Program-made: the position numbers and the translations under genes | NCBI GenBank assembly: GCA_963769935.1 | Contig: CAVYNY010000001.1 | Location: forward strand, 102,471 to 166,470 | From: an uncultured delta proteobacterium | GTDB taxonomy: Bacteria > Desulfobacterota > Desulfobacteria > Desulfobacterales > JAFDCJ01 | Reading direction: 5' to 3' | Length of the DNA stretch: 64,000 nt | The notes under the pieces: model-generated | The model's database searches: none | Told to the model about the DNA's origin: nothing | Seen by the model: the letters and a program-made list of their open reading frames with translations, nothing else | Part shown: in pieces, positions 43,149-53,450 of the stretch | How positions within the stretch are numbered: position 1 is the first letter of the stretch | How the letters are laid out: every line of letters starts with the position of its first letter

Positions 43149-44243
43149 TCAATAGCGAAACGGCCACAACTTGAAGTAGTTGCGCGTGATTCGCCACCAG
43201 TTGGCAATTCCCCGGGGTTCAAACATTAAAAACAGGACGATGACCAGCCCGAAAGAAAGCGGACGCAGCGCCGTCGCCAGGTCCAGGGCCGCCGGAAAGA
43301 CGGTTTTGATAAACTCGGAAAGGTTCTCGACCTGCAAGTCCAGCATCTGGATGGCCGTCGGCCCCAAAAATGAACCGACCAGCGTGCCCAGCCCTCCGAC
43401 AATCGCCATCGCCAGATAGGTGATGGAATGGTGCAGGGTGAACGATTCAAATCCCACACCCCGCCAGAGATACGCATGCAGCGCGCCGGCCACCCCGGCA
43501 AAAAACCCGCTCAACGCAAAGGCATACACTTTGGTAAACCCCGGGTGCATCCCCATGGCGTCGGCGGCCCGGTCGTTGTCGCGCACCGCCACCAGACAGC
43601 GACCGTAGCGGGTGCGCAGCAGGTTGCGCACGGCAAAACCGAAAATAACCACAATGATCAAAATAATGTAGTACCAGAACAGATAGTGCTCATCGCGGGC
43701 AACCTTGCCGGCAAACCAGTATACCCTTCCGATAGAAATCGTCTGGCCCTGGTTGTAAAACCTGGAAAAATTTATTACCCACTGGAAAATCATCTGAAAT
43801 GAAAGGGTGGCAATCACCAGATACAGGTGTTTCAACCGCAGCGCCGGCAAGCCCACGAACGCTCCGAACACGGCGCCCACAGCACCGGACAGCAGCAGCA
43901 TCAGCGGCCAGGCGTGGGTAATCAACACATGGGTGTCGCCCAGCACCCGCGCAAAAGTCGCTACGGTGTATGCCCCCACACCGACAAAGGCCGCATGGCC
44001 GATTGAAATCAAACCTGCAAAGCCGGTCAGAAGGTTTAGCCCGTAAATCGCTATGATGGCGACCAGAATGTTGTCGATGACCAGCATATACTTGTTGCCG
44101 ACCTCAAAAAAAAGCGGCCAGGCAAAGACCAGCGCCAGGAAGCAGACGAAGATCACCCGGTCCCAGTTCGTAAAGAATATGCGCTGTTCTTCTCGGTATG
44201 AGGTAAAAAAATTGCCGGTAGCCAGCCAACGGTTCTGCGACAT
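43149..44243 (-). CDS. ABC permease, LivM-like
   Basis: GLISIGHAAF, PALRLK..YL and AVRDND.AA motifs. Confidence 0.9.
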   Translation of the reverse strand: MSQNRWLATGNFFTSYREEQRIFFTNWDRVIFVCFLALVFAWPLFFEVGNKYMLVIDNILVAIIAIYGLNLLTGFAGLISIGHAAFVGVGAYTVATFARVLGDTHVLITHAWPLMLLLSGAVGAVFGAFVGLPALRLKHLYLVIATLSFQMIFQWVINFSRFYNQGQTISIGRVYWFAGKVARDEHYLFWYYIILIIVVIFGFAVRNLLRTRYGRCLVAVRDNDRAADAMGMHPGFTKVYAFALSGFFAGVAGALHAYLWRGVGFESFTLHHSITYLAMAIVGGLGTLVGSFLGPTAIQMLDLQVENLSEFIKTVFPAALDLATALRPLSFGLVIVLFLMFEPRGIANWWRITRNYFKLWPFRY

Positions 44244-44246
44244 AAC

Positions 44247-45140
44247 TTACACCCGCTCTATTTCATGGATCCCGAATAGGCCATGGGGCTTGAACAATAA
44301 GATAATCAACAGGATAATGTAGGGCAGAAGTTCTGCTGTGCCGTGCAGGCCCCAGTTGCCGTCCAGATAGCCGGCGGCAAACTGCTGGATCAACCCCATG
44401 ATAATCCCTGCCACCACCGCGCCGAAAACTGAATCCAACCCGCCGAGAATGACGACGGGGAACACGATGATTCCAAAGGAGTTCAGCACGTCAAAATTTA
44501 ACCCCGTAATATTGCCGATAATGCTTCCGGCGGCGGCGGCGCTGAATCCCGCGGTGGCCCAGGCCAGGCCGAAGACTCTGGGAATCGAAATGCCGATGGA
44601 CATGGAAGCCATTTGATCGTCGGACACGGCCCGCATCGAAATGCCCAGGGTGGATTTTTTAAAAAACCAGGAAAAACCCGCAATCAGGATGATCGTGGTA
44701 ATAACGCCCACCAGCTGGGTCCAGGAAATTGAAACTTCGCCGATGGTTACCGGTGTCTTGGGCAGGAATTCCGGAAAGGAGAAGTTATCCGAGCCGAAAG
44801 GGCTCAGATAAATAAGCCCGTCCAGGATCGACATCAGGCCGATGGTAACCATAATGACGGATATGATCGGCTCACCGATCAAGCGGCGCAGAAAAATACG
44901 CTCCACGCTCATGGCCAGCAGAAAAGTCAGTATCAGACTGATGAAGAAGGCAAAATAAATCGGTATTCCCACCCACGCTGTCAGCGTATAGGTTATAAAA
45001 GCCCCGCTGGCGATGAGCTGTCCGTGGGCAAGGTTCAACACCCGGCTGGATTTGTAGATGAGGACAAATCCAAGACCCGACAGCGCATAGATTGATCCAA
45101 CGACGATGCCGCTGACCACCAGTTGAAAAAAATAGCTCAT
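44247..45140 (-). CDS. ABC permease, LivH-like
   Basis: GSIYAL..LGFVLIYK...LNLAHG and VILGGLDS motifs. Confidence 0.9.
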   Translation of the reverse strand: MSYFFQLVVSGIVVGSIYALSGLGFVLIYKSSRVLNLAHGQLIASGAFITYTLTAWVGIPIYFAFFISLILTFLLAMSVERIFLRRLIGEPIISVIMVTIGLMSILDGLIYLSPFGSDNFSFPEFLPKTPVTIGEVSISWTQLVGVITTIILIAGFSWFFKKSTLGISMRAVSDDQMASMSIGISIPRVFGLAWATAGFSAAAAGSIIGNITGLNFDVLNSFGIIVFPVVILGGLDSVFGAVVAGIIMGLIQQFAAGYLDGNWGLHGTAELLPYIILLIILLFKPHGLFGIHEIERV

Positions 45141-47065
45141 GCCGCCTCTTCCATGGTATAAAACCGTAAAGTTGTTTCCACTCTGGCTGTTTGCCCGTCC
45201 TGGTATTGATAAAACGCCTGCACGCTTTTTTCACTGACACTTTCGTCGTAAAGCGCTTCATAAAGATCGGCATATTTTTCCAGGAGAAATTTGCGGCGTA
45301 TTTTGCCGGTTTTGGTCAACTCCCCGTCATCGACATCGAGCAGCTTGTACAAAATGGCAAAGCGTCGGATTCTGAAATGCTCCTTTTCGACGCTTTGATT
45401 GAATTTTGTGACCTGGCTTTTGATCAGCTCGGCCACCTTCTGTTGCTGGGAAAGATCCATAAATGTGGTAAACGAAATGCCGCGGTCTTCGGCCCATTTT
45501 CCGACCACAATCGGATCGATGTTGATCAGGGCGGCGACGAATTCGCGCTGGTTGCCGAATATCACGGCTTCTTTGATATAGGGGCTGAATTTCAACTTAT
45601 TTTCCAGAAACATGGGGCTGAACATATCCCCCTTGCTGGTATGCATCACGTCTGAAAGCCGATCGATCACCACCAGATGACCGTTTTCATCAATATAGCC
45701 GGCATCGCCCGAGTGCAGCCAGCCGTCGGCCAGCAGCTCCTCCGTCTCGGCGGGCAATTTATAGTAGCCCTGGGCTACCGATGGAGAGCGGGAAAGAATT
45801 TCGCCCGCTTCCGATATTTTGCATTCCGTCCCGGGCAGCGGAACGCCGACCGTATCCGGTCGGACGTCTCCGTCGCTGTGCATATAGGCAATGCCTGTAA
45901 TTTCCGTCTGGCCGTAAATCTGCTTCAGATTAACCCCCATGGCCTGATAAAAAGTGAACAGGTCCGGACCCAGGGCGGCACCCCCCGTGTAAGCCCGGCG
46001 CAGCCGCAGCATTCCGATCTGGTTAATCAAGGGCAAAAACACCAGGGTTTTGCCCAGCCAGGCCTTGGCACGAAGGGCAAAGGGCATTTTTTTGCCGGAC
46101 ATGCGATAAAGGGCCGCCTGTTCGCCGATTTTCGTAAAGTATTCATAGAGGCGCCGGTTCAGCCAGTATGACTCATCGATCTTGAGCCATATCTGGGATC
46201 GCAGGGTTTCATAAATGCGGGGCGCGCCGAACATGAAATGAGGTCCGATTTCCTGCAAATCATCCATGGCCGTCTCGACGGACTCCGGAAAATTGATGGT
46301 AATTCCCGTTGCCAGCGCAACCCCGAATGAATTCATCTGCTCCCCGATCCAGGCAAACGGCAGAAAGGAAACATATTCATCCGTTTCTTCCAGCGGATCG
46401 ACTTTGGTCAGCTGAACCCCCATGTTGATGTAGTTGCGGTGGGAGAGCGTCGCCCCTTTGGGCAGACCGGTGGTGCCCGAAGTCAGGCAAAAATGACAGA
46501 TCTGATCCGGATGACCCTGGTCGACCAGCTTTTCAAAGCGCTGCGGGTCCTCCTGATGGACCCGCTCACCGATTTCGTAAAGATCCTCAATGAGCATGAA
46601 CCAGTCGTCGGATTGGTAGCCGCGCATGCCGCGGGGATCTTCATACAATACTTTTTTGACTTTTGGAATTCGTTCTCTGACCTCGACCAGTTTATCGACC
46701 TGCTCCTGATCGTCGCAAAACACAATGCTCACATCCAGGTAGTTTAAGACAGCGGCAATCTCATCGGGCAGGCTGGTTTGGTACAGCCCGGCGGAAATGC
46801 CGCCGACCGCATGGGTTCCGATCGCCACAATCAGCATTTCCGGAATGTTATCGGTAATCAGCGCCAGTTTGTCGTCCGGTTGCAAACCTATTTTTTCGAG
46901 TCCCAGTGCGGTCTTGCGGACGTGATCATAATAATCCCGCCAGGTTAAGTTGTTCCAGCGGCCGAAATCTTTTTCGCGCAGCGCGACTTTATCGCCGGAG
47001 TGCTGCACGCGCCAGCGCAGCAGCTGGGGGATGGTAAATTCCAATAGACGATCTTTGTTTTCCAT
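45137..47065 (-). CDS. Long-chain acyl-CoA synthetase-like AMP-binding protein
   Basis: TSGTTGLPKG, YGQTE, HSGDAG and ELTKTGKIRR motifs. Confidence 0.92.
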   Translation of the reverse strand: MENKDRLLEFTIPQLLRWRVQHSGDKVALREKDFGRWNNLTWRDYYDHVRKTALGLEKIGLQPDDKLALITDNIPEMLIVAIGTHAVGGISAGLYQTSLPDEIAAVLNYLDVSIVFCDDQEQVDKLVEVRERIPKVKKVLYEDPRGMRGYQSDDWFMLIEDLYEIGERVHQEDPQRFEKLVDQGHPDQICHFCLTSGTTGLPKGATLSHRNYINMGVQLTKVDPLEETDEYVSFLPFAWIGEQMNSFGVALATGITINFPESVETAMDDLQEIGPHFMFGAPRIYETLRSQIWLKIDESYWLNRRLYEYFTKIGEQAALYRMSGKKMPFALRAKAWLGKTLVFLPLINQIGMLRLRRAYTGGAALGPDLFTFYQAMGVNLKQIYGQTEITGIAYMHSDGDVRPDTVGVPLPGTECKISEAGEILSRSPSVAQGYYKLPAETEELLADGWLHSGDAGYIDENGHLVVIDRLSDVMHTSKGDMFSPMFLENKLKFSPYIKEAVIFGNQREFVAALINIDPIVVGKWAEDRGISFTTFMDLSQQQKVAELIKSQVTKFNQSVEKEHFRIRRFAILYKLLDVDDGELTKTGKIRRKFLLEKYADLYEALYDESVSEKSVQAFYQYQDGQTARVETTLRFYTMEEAA

Positions 47066-47071
47066 GTCGGA

Positions 47072-47836
47072 TCAATCTTCTCCGATATAAGCCTCGATGA
47101 CTTTCGGATCTTGGGCCACGTCGGCGGGTTTTCCGCCTCCGATCAGCTCGCCGAAATCCAGCACGTAGACCCGGTCGGATATGTCCATGACCACCCCCAG
47201 ATCATGCTCAACCAGGACGACGGTAATATGGCGTTCCTGCTGAATGTCCATGACAAAACGCACCATATCCTCTTTTTCTTCAATATTCATCCCCGCCATG
47301 GGTTCGTCGAGCAGAAGAATTTGCGGCCCCAATGTAAGGGCCCGTGCCACTTCAACCCGCTTCTGAACGCCGTAGCTGAGATTGCCCACCAATTTTTTGC
47401 GATACGGTTCCAGTTCCATGAAGTCGATGACATCTTCCACATACTGGCGATTGTTGGCCTCCTGGCGGGAGGCCTGGCCGAAGTAGAAGACCGCCTGCAG
47501 CAGATTATATTTCAGGTTTTGGTGCCGGGCCAGCAACAGGTTGTCCAGGACCGTCATTCCGCCGAACAACTCAATATTCTGAAAAGCCCGCGCAATCCCC
47601 AGGCTGGATACCTGGTGGGGCGATGCCTTGTTGAGTTTATGGTCTCCGTAGTAAATATCGCCGGACGTCGGGTGATAAAATCCGGAAATACAATTCAACA
47701 TGCTCGTCTTGCCGGCGCCGTTGGGACCGATAATGGAGGTAATCAGGCCCGGCTGGATATCCAGACTGACACCGGACAGCGCATTCAATCCGCCGAATGA
47801 CAGGGTTATATTAGATATGGCTAGTTTGTTGTTCAT
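47072..47836 (-). CDS. ABC ATP-binding protein, LivG-like
   Basis: GPNGAGKT, LSYGVQKRVE and DEPMAGM motifs. Confidence 0.92.
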   Translation of the reverse strand: MNNKLAISNITLSFGGLNALSGVSLDIQPGLITSIIGPNGAGKTSMLNCISGFYHPTSGDIYYGDHKLNKASPHQVSSLGIARAFQNIELFGGMTVLDNLLLARHQNLKYNLLQAVFYFGQASRQEANNRQYVEDVIDFMELEPYRKKLVGNLSYGVQKRVEVARALTLGPQILLLDEPMAGMNIEEKEDMVRFVMDIQQERHITVVLVEHDLGVVMDISDRVYVLDFGELIGGGKPADVAQDPKVIEAYIGED

Positions 47837-48158
47837 CACAGCCGGAGATGCTAAAATACAAAAAAGGCCTGCAATAGTAGACCTTTTTAATCTAAGGTTT
47901 CTTGTTCGGTTTGGCTTCGGACTGAGGCATTAACACGCGTTTAGTCGCTTTTTTGGTCATAAATTTGTCGACCCCACCTCCCCACGCCGCTGCAGGATTC
48001 GAACGTCCATGCAAAACTTAAGGCCATATCCGATTTCAGCATAAATTATGAATTGCATTCATTTCATGGAACGCTACCTATCGGATATGAACTCCTTAGT
48101 CAAGTAAATAAAAAATGTCAAGTTGATAAGATAGTGGTAAAATAGTGGTTAATACCCA

Positions 48159-49755
48159 CTACGAATCATAAGATAAAAGGTGAGATCTGAGATTAATTTT
48201 TTTATTTTTCAACCCGAGTTTATGCCGGATATTGTAACGGTGAAACAATACAGTATTCTTGGAAATATAGAGTATCCCTGATATTTCCTTATTGGTTTTG
48301 CCCTCTTTAACAAGATTGGCAACCCGCACTTCCATGGGCGTCAGATTGAAATAGCGGGAGGAAAGCTTGCTGATAAACGGTGATATCATGTTGCTTAAAT
48401 TCGAATCGAGGATGTTGATCAGCGTTTTTTGATGGGTATTTAAGCGGCTGTTTTTCAGCCTGTCGAGGTACGGTGAGACCAATTCCCTTACATTGGACAA
48501 AACGTTGTCACCCAGCTCCTTTTTATCATCCTCTCTTTGTTTCAGCAGCACCTTGAGCGCGGTAATCACCTCCTCCAGATGGTGCGACTGGGCTTTCAGC
48601 TCGATTTCGCGTTTACGCAATTTTTTTTCGGCCCTTTTGCGCTCGTCGATTTCAAGTTCAAGCTGGGCATTGATCTTGGCCAGCTCGGCGGTGCGCTCTC
48701 CAACCAGTTCTTCGAGATGATCATGGTATTTTCGCAACTCGATCTCGGCTTTTTTCTGGGCGCTGATATCCCGCAGCGTAACGATGTTGCCGGCGGGCTC
48801 ACCGTTGCGGTTCGAATAAAGGGTGGAGCTTATTTGCACATCGAGCACACGCCCGTCTTTGGTTAAACGCCTGGTTTCAAAGAGGTGGATCTTCTTTCCC
48901 CGCAGCATAGTTTCGATGGCGGCATGGGTCTCCGGCCAGTTTTCCTGGGGTACGAAATCCAACTGTTTGCCGAGCAATTCGTCACTGGTATATCCAAAGG
49001 TCTGTTCAAACGCAGGGTTTACATAAGTCGCTTCACCCTGAATGTTGTAAAGAACAATGGGATCCGGCGAGGACGCCAACAGCAGGCGATAGCGCTGTTC
49101 GCTGTCTCTAAGGGTGGCCTCGGTTCGTTTTCTTTCCGCCAGCTCCCGCCGCACATCCGCATACAGCCTGGCTTTGTCCAGGGCCACCAGAGCCAGCTCG
49201 GCAAATCGGCCCAAAACAGCAATATCTTCTTCTTCAAACTGCCGCCCGGGTTTGACGGTCGCCAGTCCGATGACGCCGTGAACCCCGCTGCGATCTTTCA
49301 ATGGAATGCCCGCCACCGAATGAAGATCATCCAGTGAACTGTCGCTGAGACGCCCTTCCCATGACCGATAATCCATGACCAGCAGGGGCTGTTCCGCCTG
49401 CCACACTTTGCCGCCCATGCCCCTCGCCCTTTTTAACGCGCAATCCCAAATGGCGCTTAAAAAATCCCATACCAACCCGCATTTGCATTTCAACGTCACC
49501 GGGCTCAAGCAGATAAATGTAGCCGTGCTCGGTCCCGGTCAGCATGGCAGCCCGCTGCAATACGGCCTCCAGCAGTTCTTCCTTGTCCAGATGGTCGATC
49601 AGACCCAGGGAGGTTTCATGCAGGGCCGTCAGATATTCATTTTGCCGGCGCAGGGCTGCTTCAGCCTGTCTCGCTTCAGCAATTTCGCATTCAAGCGTCC
49701 CGGCTCTTTCCGCCATGGCCTCACCGGTCAATTTTTCGGCTTTTAAATCCAACAC
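48159..49755 (-). CDS. GAF-PAS-LuxR HTH regulator, frameshifted near 49420
   Basis: GAF split at the KKGEG G-run; PAS (VNPAFEQTFGY); LTPMEVRVANLVKEGKTNKEI LuxR HTH. Confidence 0.85.
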
Positions 49756-49765
49756 GGCTCCTTGT

Positions 49766-49885
49766 GGAATGACGAATGATCGAATCGAGCAAATAAATAA
49801 CGAAGGAATTCTATCATTTTATATTGAAATTTGATTGAAAAAGGTGGAGCGAAGCGACATCCATCGTTCGTCATTCGTCATTCCT
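49766..49885 (+). repeat. Family C palindromic element with AATGACG/CGTCATT arms
   Basis: Core GAAGGAATTCTATC...GGAGCGAAGCGACATCC. Confidence 0.8.
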
Positions 49886-49905
49886 AAGGCTTCCAGCCGG
49901 AAAGA

Positions 49906-50133
49906 TCAGATCGCTCAGGCTCTCCCGTTAAAGCCGATGGTCACATTTCCGCCTTCAACGATCACCGGGATCTTTCTGGCGCCCTTGGAGAGCTTCAACA
50001 TGCTGTCGCGATGACCGGCATCTTTTACGACATTAAAATATTCGAACGGCCGTCCGTCTCTGGCAAATGCTTCACGAGCTGCCCGGGTATAGGGTCAAGC
50101 GTCCTTGCCAAAAATCAGAATTTTATCAGCCAT
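49906..50133 (-). CDS. UXX-star-type glutaredoxin-like selenoprotein, 75 aa, two Sec
   Basis: MADKILIFGKDAUPYT...KIPVIVEGGNVTIGFNGRAUAI*; TGA at 50095-97 and 49915-17; GGAGGG RBS. Confidence 0.88.
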
Positions 50134-50295
50134 CGGTTCCCCTCCCGTTTTGGAAAAGCCGAAACCATCTTTCTGAGTCGATATGTGCCGATTTGGTTGC
50201 AAAAACCCTAACAGCCATTATCTTTCGTGTCAACATTTCTAAATTGACAAATCATTGAATTTAACAGATATTGTCTTTTTCTAAGGCGGTTACTT

Positions 50296-50577
50296 ATGAT
50301 GACGGACCGGCAGGAATTAAGCCGAACTACAACTATTAGCAATGAGCTCGGCCTGCATGCGCGGTCGGCCGCCCGAATTGTTGAAATTGCCGGAAATGCC
50401 GCCGCGAATATCTGGCTGGTGAAAGACGACCAGAAGGCCGACGCGTCCAGCATCGTGGATATCCTGACGCTGGCTTGTGAAAAGGGTACAAGAATCAGGT
50501 TTATCATCGAGAACCCGGCGGACACCGACATCTTAAATGCCCTGGTGGATCTCGTTGATAGCGGATTTGGGGAATAG
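50296..50577 (+). CDS. ptsH: HPr phosphocarrier
   Basis: NELGLHARSAA and ADASSI motifs. Confidence 0.93.
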   Translation: MMTDRQELSRTTTISNELGLHARSAARIVEIAGNAAANIWLVKDDQKADASSIVDILTLACEKGTRIRFIIENPADTDILNALVDLVDSGFGE

Positions 50578-50583
50578 ACCATA

Positions 50584-52344
50584 ATGTCGCAACCGGTTGC
50601 AGAAATAAAACTCAAGGGAATCAATGCTTCTCCCGGTATATGTATCGGTAGGGCCTACCTGGTCGATCGCGAAGGCGTCGAAATTGTCGAAAAGTATTCT
50701 ATCGACCGGAAAAATCAGTCAAAAGAGATTAAGCGTTTTAAGGCGGCCGTCAAAAAAGCAGCGGATGACATTCGCCAGGTCATCAAAAATAGTCCGGAAG
50801 AACTCCGGCGCGCCCAAATTCTTGAAACCCATCTCGCCCTGCTGACAGACAAGATGCTCTACGGCAAATCCATTGACATGATTGAAAAAGACGGGGTTAA
50901 TGCCGAATGGGCCCTCAAGCAGGTGGTGTCCAATCTCAAGGCGGTGTTTCTGGGTATGGCCGATGCATACTTGCGAGAGCGCGCTTCGGACATCGTGCAT
51001 GTATCGGACAGCATCATGCGCAACCTGGTCGGAGTTGAAATTGAAAATATCGCCGAGATCGACAAGCGCGTCATTCTGGTAGCCCGCGACCTGTCTCCGG
51101 CCGACACCAGCCAGATCAACCTCGGAAAAATTATGGGCTTTATCACGGACCACGGCGGCAAAGCCTCGCACACCGGGATCGTCGCCCAGGCCCTTGAGAT
51201 CCCGGCCGTGGTCGGACTTGAGCACGCTACCAGCCGGATCAAAAGTGAAGATCTCATCATTGTCGACGGCAATACCGGTATGGTAATCGTAAATCCAAGC
51301 GAAAATTCGCTGGTAGAATATGAAGAGCGCAAAATTCAATACGAAGCATTCAGAGCGGTCGTCACGCGGGATAGTCATTTAAAAGCGGAAACAACCGACG
51401 GCATTCAATTGAAAGTCATGGGCAATATTGAACTCCCGGAAGAGGTGGTTGCCGTAAAAAATTACGGCGGCGACGGCATCGGCCTTTACCGGACCGAATT
51501 TCAGTTTATGAATCGTCCGATTTTTCCGGGTGAAGAAGAATTGTTTGAAAAGTACAAGGATGTGGTTGAAGTCATGGCGCCCAAGCCCGTCACCATTCGT
51601 ACCCTGGATATCAACGGCGACAAGGCGCTTGCCGGTCAATCCGGTCATGACGAGGCCAACCCGGCCCTCGGTCTGCGCTCGATACGCTACTGCCTCAAAA
51701 AACCGGATGTGTTCCTTACCCAGCTGCGGGCCATATTGAGAGCGGCGGCCTTCGGCAATGTTCGCATCCTGTTTCCCATGATCTCAGCCTATTTTGAAAT
51801 ATGCGAAGCAAGAAAATTGCTGGACCAGGCAGCCGAATCTCTCGCCAGAGACGGCCTGCCGTACAACCGGGAGATTGATATCGGTATCATGATCGAAGTC
51901 CCTTCGGCGGTCATCATGGCCGATTTTCTGGCGGATAAAGTTGATTTCTTCAGCATCGGTACCAATGATCTCATCCAGTATGCCCTTGCCATTGACAGGG
52001 GCAACCAGCAAGTCGCTCATCTCTATCAGCCGCTGGATCCTGCCGTAATCCGGCTGATCAAGCATACGGCGGATGTGGCCAAAGACAAGGGGATAAAGGT
52101 ATACATGTGCGGTGAAATGGCGGGCACGGCCCATCACATCCCCCTGCTGTTGGGCCTCGGCATGGACGAGTTGAGTATGAATCCTCAATCAATTCCGCAT
52201 ATCAAACGGGTGATTCGATCCTTGAGCCTGGGCGATGCCAGATCATTCATCCAGGAGGCCCTTAAAAAGCGAACGGCCAGGGGGATCTTTGGCCTGGTGC
52301 GGGAAACCTACGGTGATATCCTGGCGGATCAGACCTATCGCTAA
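50584..52344 (+). CDS. ptsI: PEP-protein phosphotransferase, enzyme I
   Basis: GGKASHTGI, GIGLYRTEF, FFSIGTNDL and MCGEMAG motifs. Confidence 0.96.
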   Translation: MSQPVAEIKLKGINASPGICIGRAYLVDREGVEIVEKYSIDRKNQSKEIKRFKAAVKKAADDIRQVIKNSPEELRRAQILETHLALLTDKMLYGKSIDMIEKDGVNAEWALKQVVSNLKAVFLGMADAYLRERASDIVHVSDSIMRNLVGVEIENIAEIDKRVILVARDLSPADTSQINLGKIMGFITDHGGKASHTGIVAQALEIPAVVGLEHATSRIKSEDLIIVDGNTGMVIVNPSENSLVEYEERKIQYEAFRAVVTRDSHLKAETTDGIQLKVMGNIELPEEVVAVKNYGGDGIGLYRTEFQFMNRPIFPGEEELFEKYKDVVEVMAPKPVTIRTLDINGDKALAGQSGHDEANPALGLRSIRYCLKKPDVFLTQLRAILRAAAFGNVRILFPMISAYFEICEARKLLDQAAESLARDGLPYNREIDIGIMIEVPSAVIMADFLADKVDFFSIGTNDLIQYALAIDRGNQQVAHLYQPLDPAVIRLIKHTADVAKDKGIKVYMCGEMAGTAHHIPLLLGLGMDELSMNPQSIPHIKRVIRSLSLGDARSFIQEALKKRTARGIFGLVRETYGDILADQTYR

Positions 52345-52350
52345 TTAATT

Positions 52351-52812
52351 ATGGAAAAAAACCACATCAAAATAATTGCTGTGAACCGCAAAGCCCGGCA
52401 CGACTTTTTTATCGATGATGAGTATGAGGCCGGAGTGGTCCTGCAGGGGACCGAGGTAAAATCCCTTAGACTCGGCAAGGTCAATTTAAAGGATTCCTAT
52501 GCCAGGATTAAAGACGGCGAGGTGTTCGTTTACCAGTTGCATATCGGCCCCTACCCTTTTGCCTACTATGGAAATCACGATCCGTTGCGAGCCCGCAAGC
52601 TTCTCCTGCACAAACAGGAAATTAAACGCATATATGCCAAGGTGAACGAAAAGGGCCACACCCTGGTGCCTCTCAAACTCTATTTTAAGGGCGGCAAGGT
52701 TAAAATTTCCCTGGCACTGGCCAAAGGCAAGCGTCAATACGACAAGCGCGAGTCCATCAAGCGCCGCGATGAGAAAAGAGACCTTGATCGCGCCCGCAAG
52801 CAATATATGTAA
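52351..52812 (+). CDS. smpB: SsrA-binding protein
   Basis: NRKARHD, EAG..LQGTEVKS, RKLLLHK and GKRQYDKR motifs. Confidence 0.97.
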   Translation: MEKNHIKIIAVNRKARHDFFIDDEYEAGVVLQGTEVKSLRLGKVNLKDSYARIKDGEVFVYQLHIGPYPFAYYGNHDPLRARKLLLHKQEIKRIYAKVNEKGHTLVPLKLYFKGGKVKISLALAKGKRQYDKRESIKRRDEKRDLDRARKQYM

Positions 52813-52862
52813 TTGTGGAAGCAACCGCGGAATCCATTCTGCTTCCAGGCCTGCCAGCTTCT

Positions 52863-53261
52863 TTACTTGGTCGTCGTCACCACCGCACAGGGGGCGTTCA
52901 GGATAACGTATTGGGCCGTCGAGCCGAACAGCAGCTTGCCGACTTTAGAGCGCCGTCTGATTCCCAGGCAGATTTCTCTGCTGTTTTTCACCGTCAGATG
53001 GCGTACGATCTCTTCGCCGGCCGTGCTGGAACTTACCAGAAGAGTGGTTTTAAACGGGATTTTCTCGCCGTTCATAAGGGTTTTAATTTCCTCATCCAAT
53101 TTTTGTTCCAGCCGGTCGATGTCGGCATAATCCAGATCGGCGCCATGCTCCTCGGCTCGCACCACCTCGATCTCATCTTCAAACGCCTGCGCATGGGCCT
53201 TGGCCAGCGACAGCGCCTCCTTGGCCGCTTCGGACCCGTCATATGCAACCATGATACTCAT
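52863..53261 (-). CDS. Universal stress protein
   Basis: MVAYDGS...LLFGSTAQYVILNAPC. Confidence 0.9.
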   Translation of the reverse strand: MSIMVAYDGSEAAKEALSLAKAHAQAFEDEIEVVRAEEHGADLDYADIDRLEQKLDEEIKTLMNGEKIPFKTTLLVSSSTAGEEIVRHLTVKNSREICLGIRRRSKVGKLLFGSTAQYVILNAPCAVVTTTK

Positions 53262-53450
53262 TTTGATCTCCTGCTAATATAAAATTTGAAGAATCCCGGC
53301 CCCGAGGGCCAGGCATTGACTTCATCCCAGCTTCCGGCTCGTAGAGCCTACGTTCCATTATTCCATTAAGATTCCACCCCGAAGCAAGCCCCAAAGTTTA
53401 ATTATGAATCGGTTCTTGTCAACAGCTGATTTTGCATCTATAAAGTATAG

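Noticed and set aside
1490..49430. Frameshifts in the MFS, ABC subunit A and GAF-PAS-LuxR genes as programmed recoding
   Set aside because: No slippery heptamer or stimulator seen; single-base indels, one in a G-run, fit sequencing error or recent mutation. Reads are needed to decide.
8458..49885. Palindromic elements as integron attC sites
   Set aside because: No RYYYAAC/GTTRRRY boxes, no integrase, and they lie among housekeeping operons.
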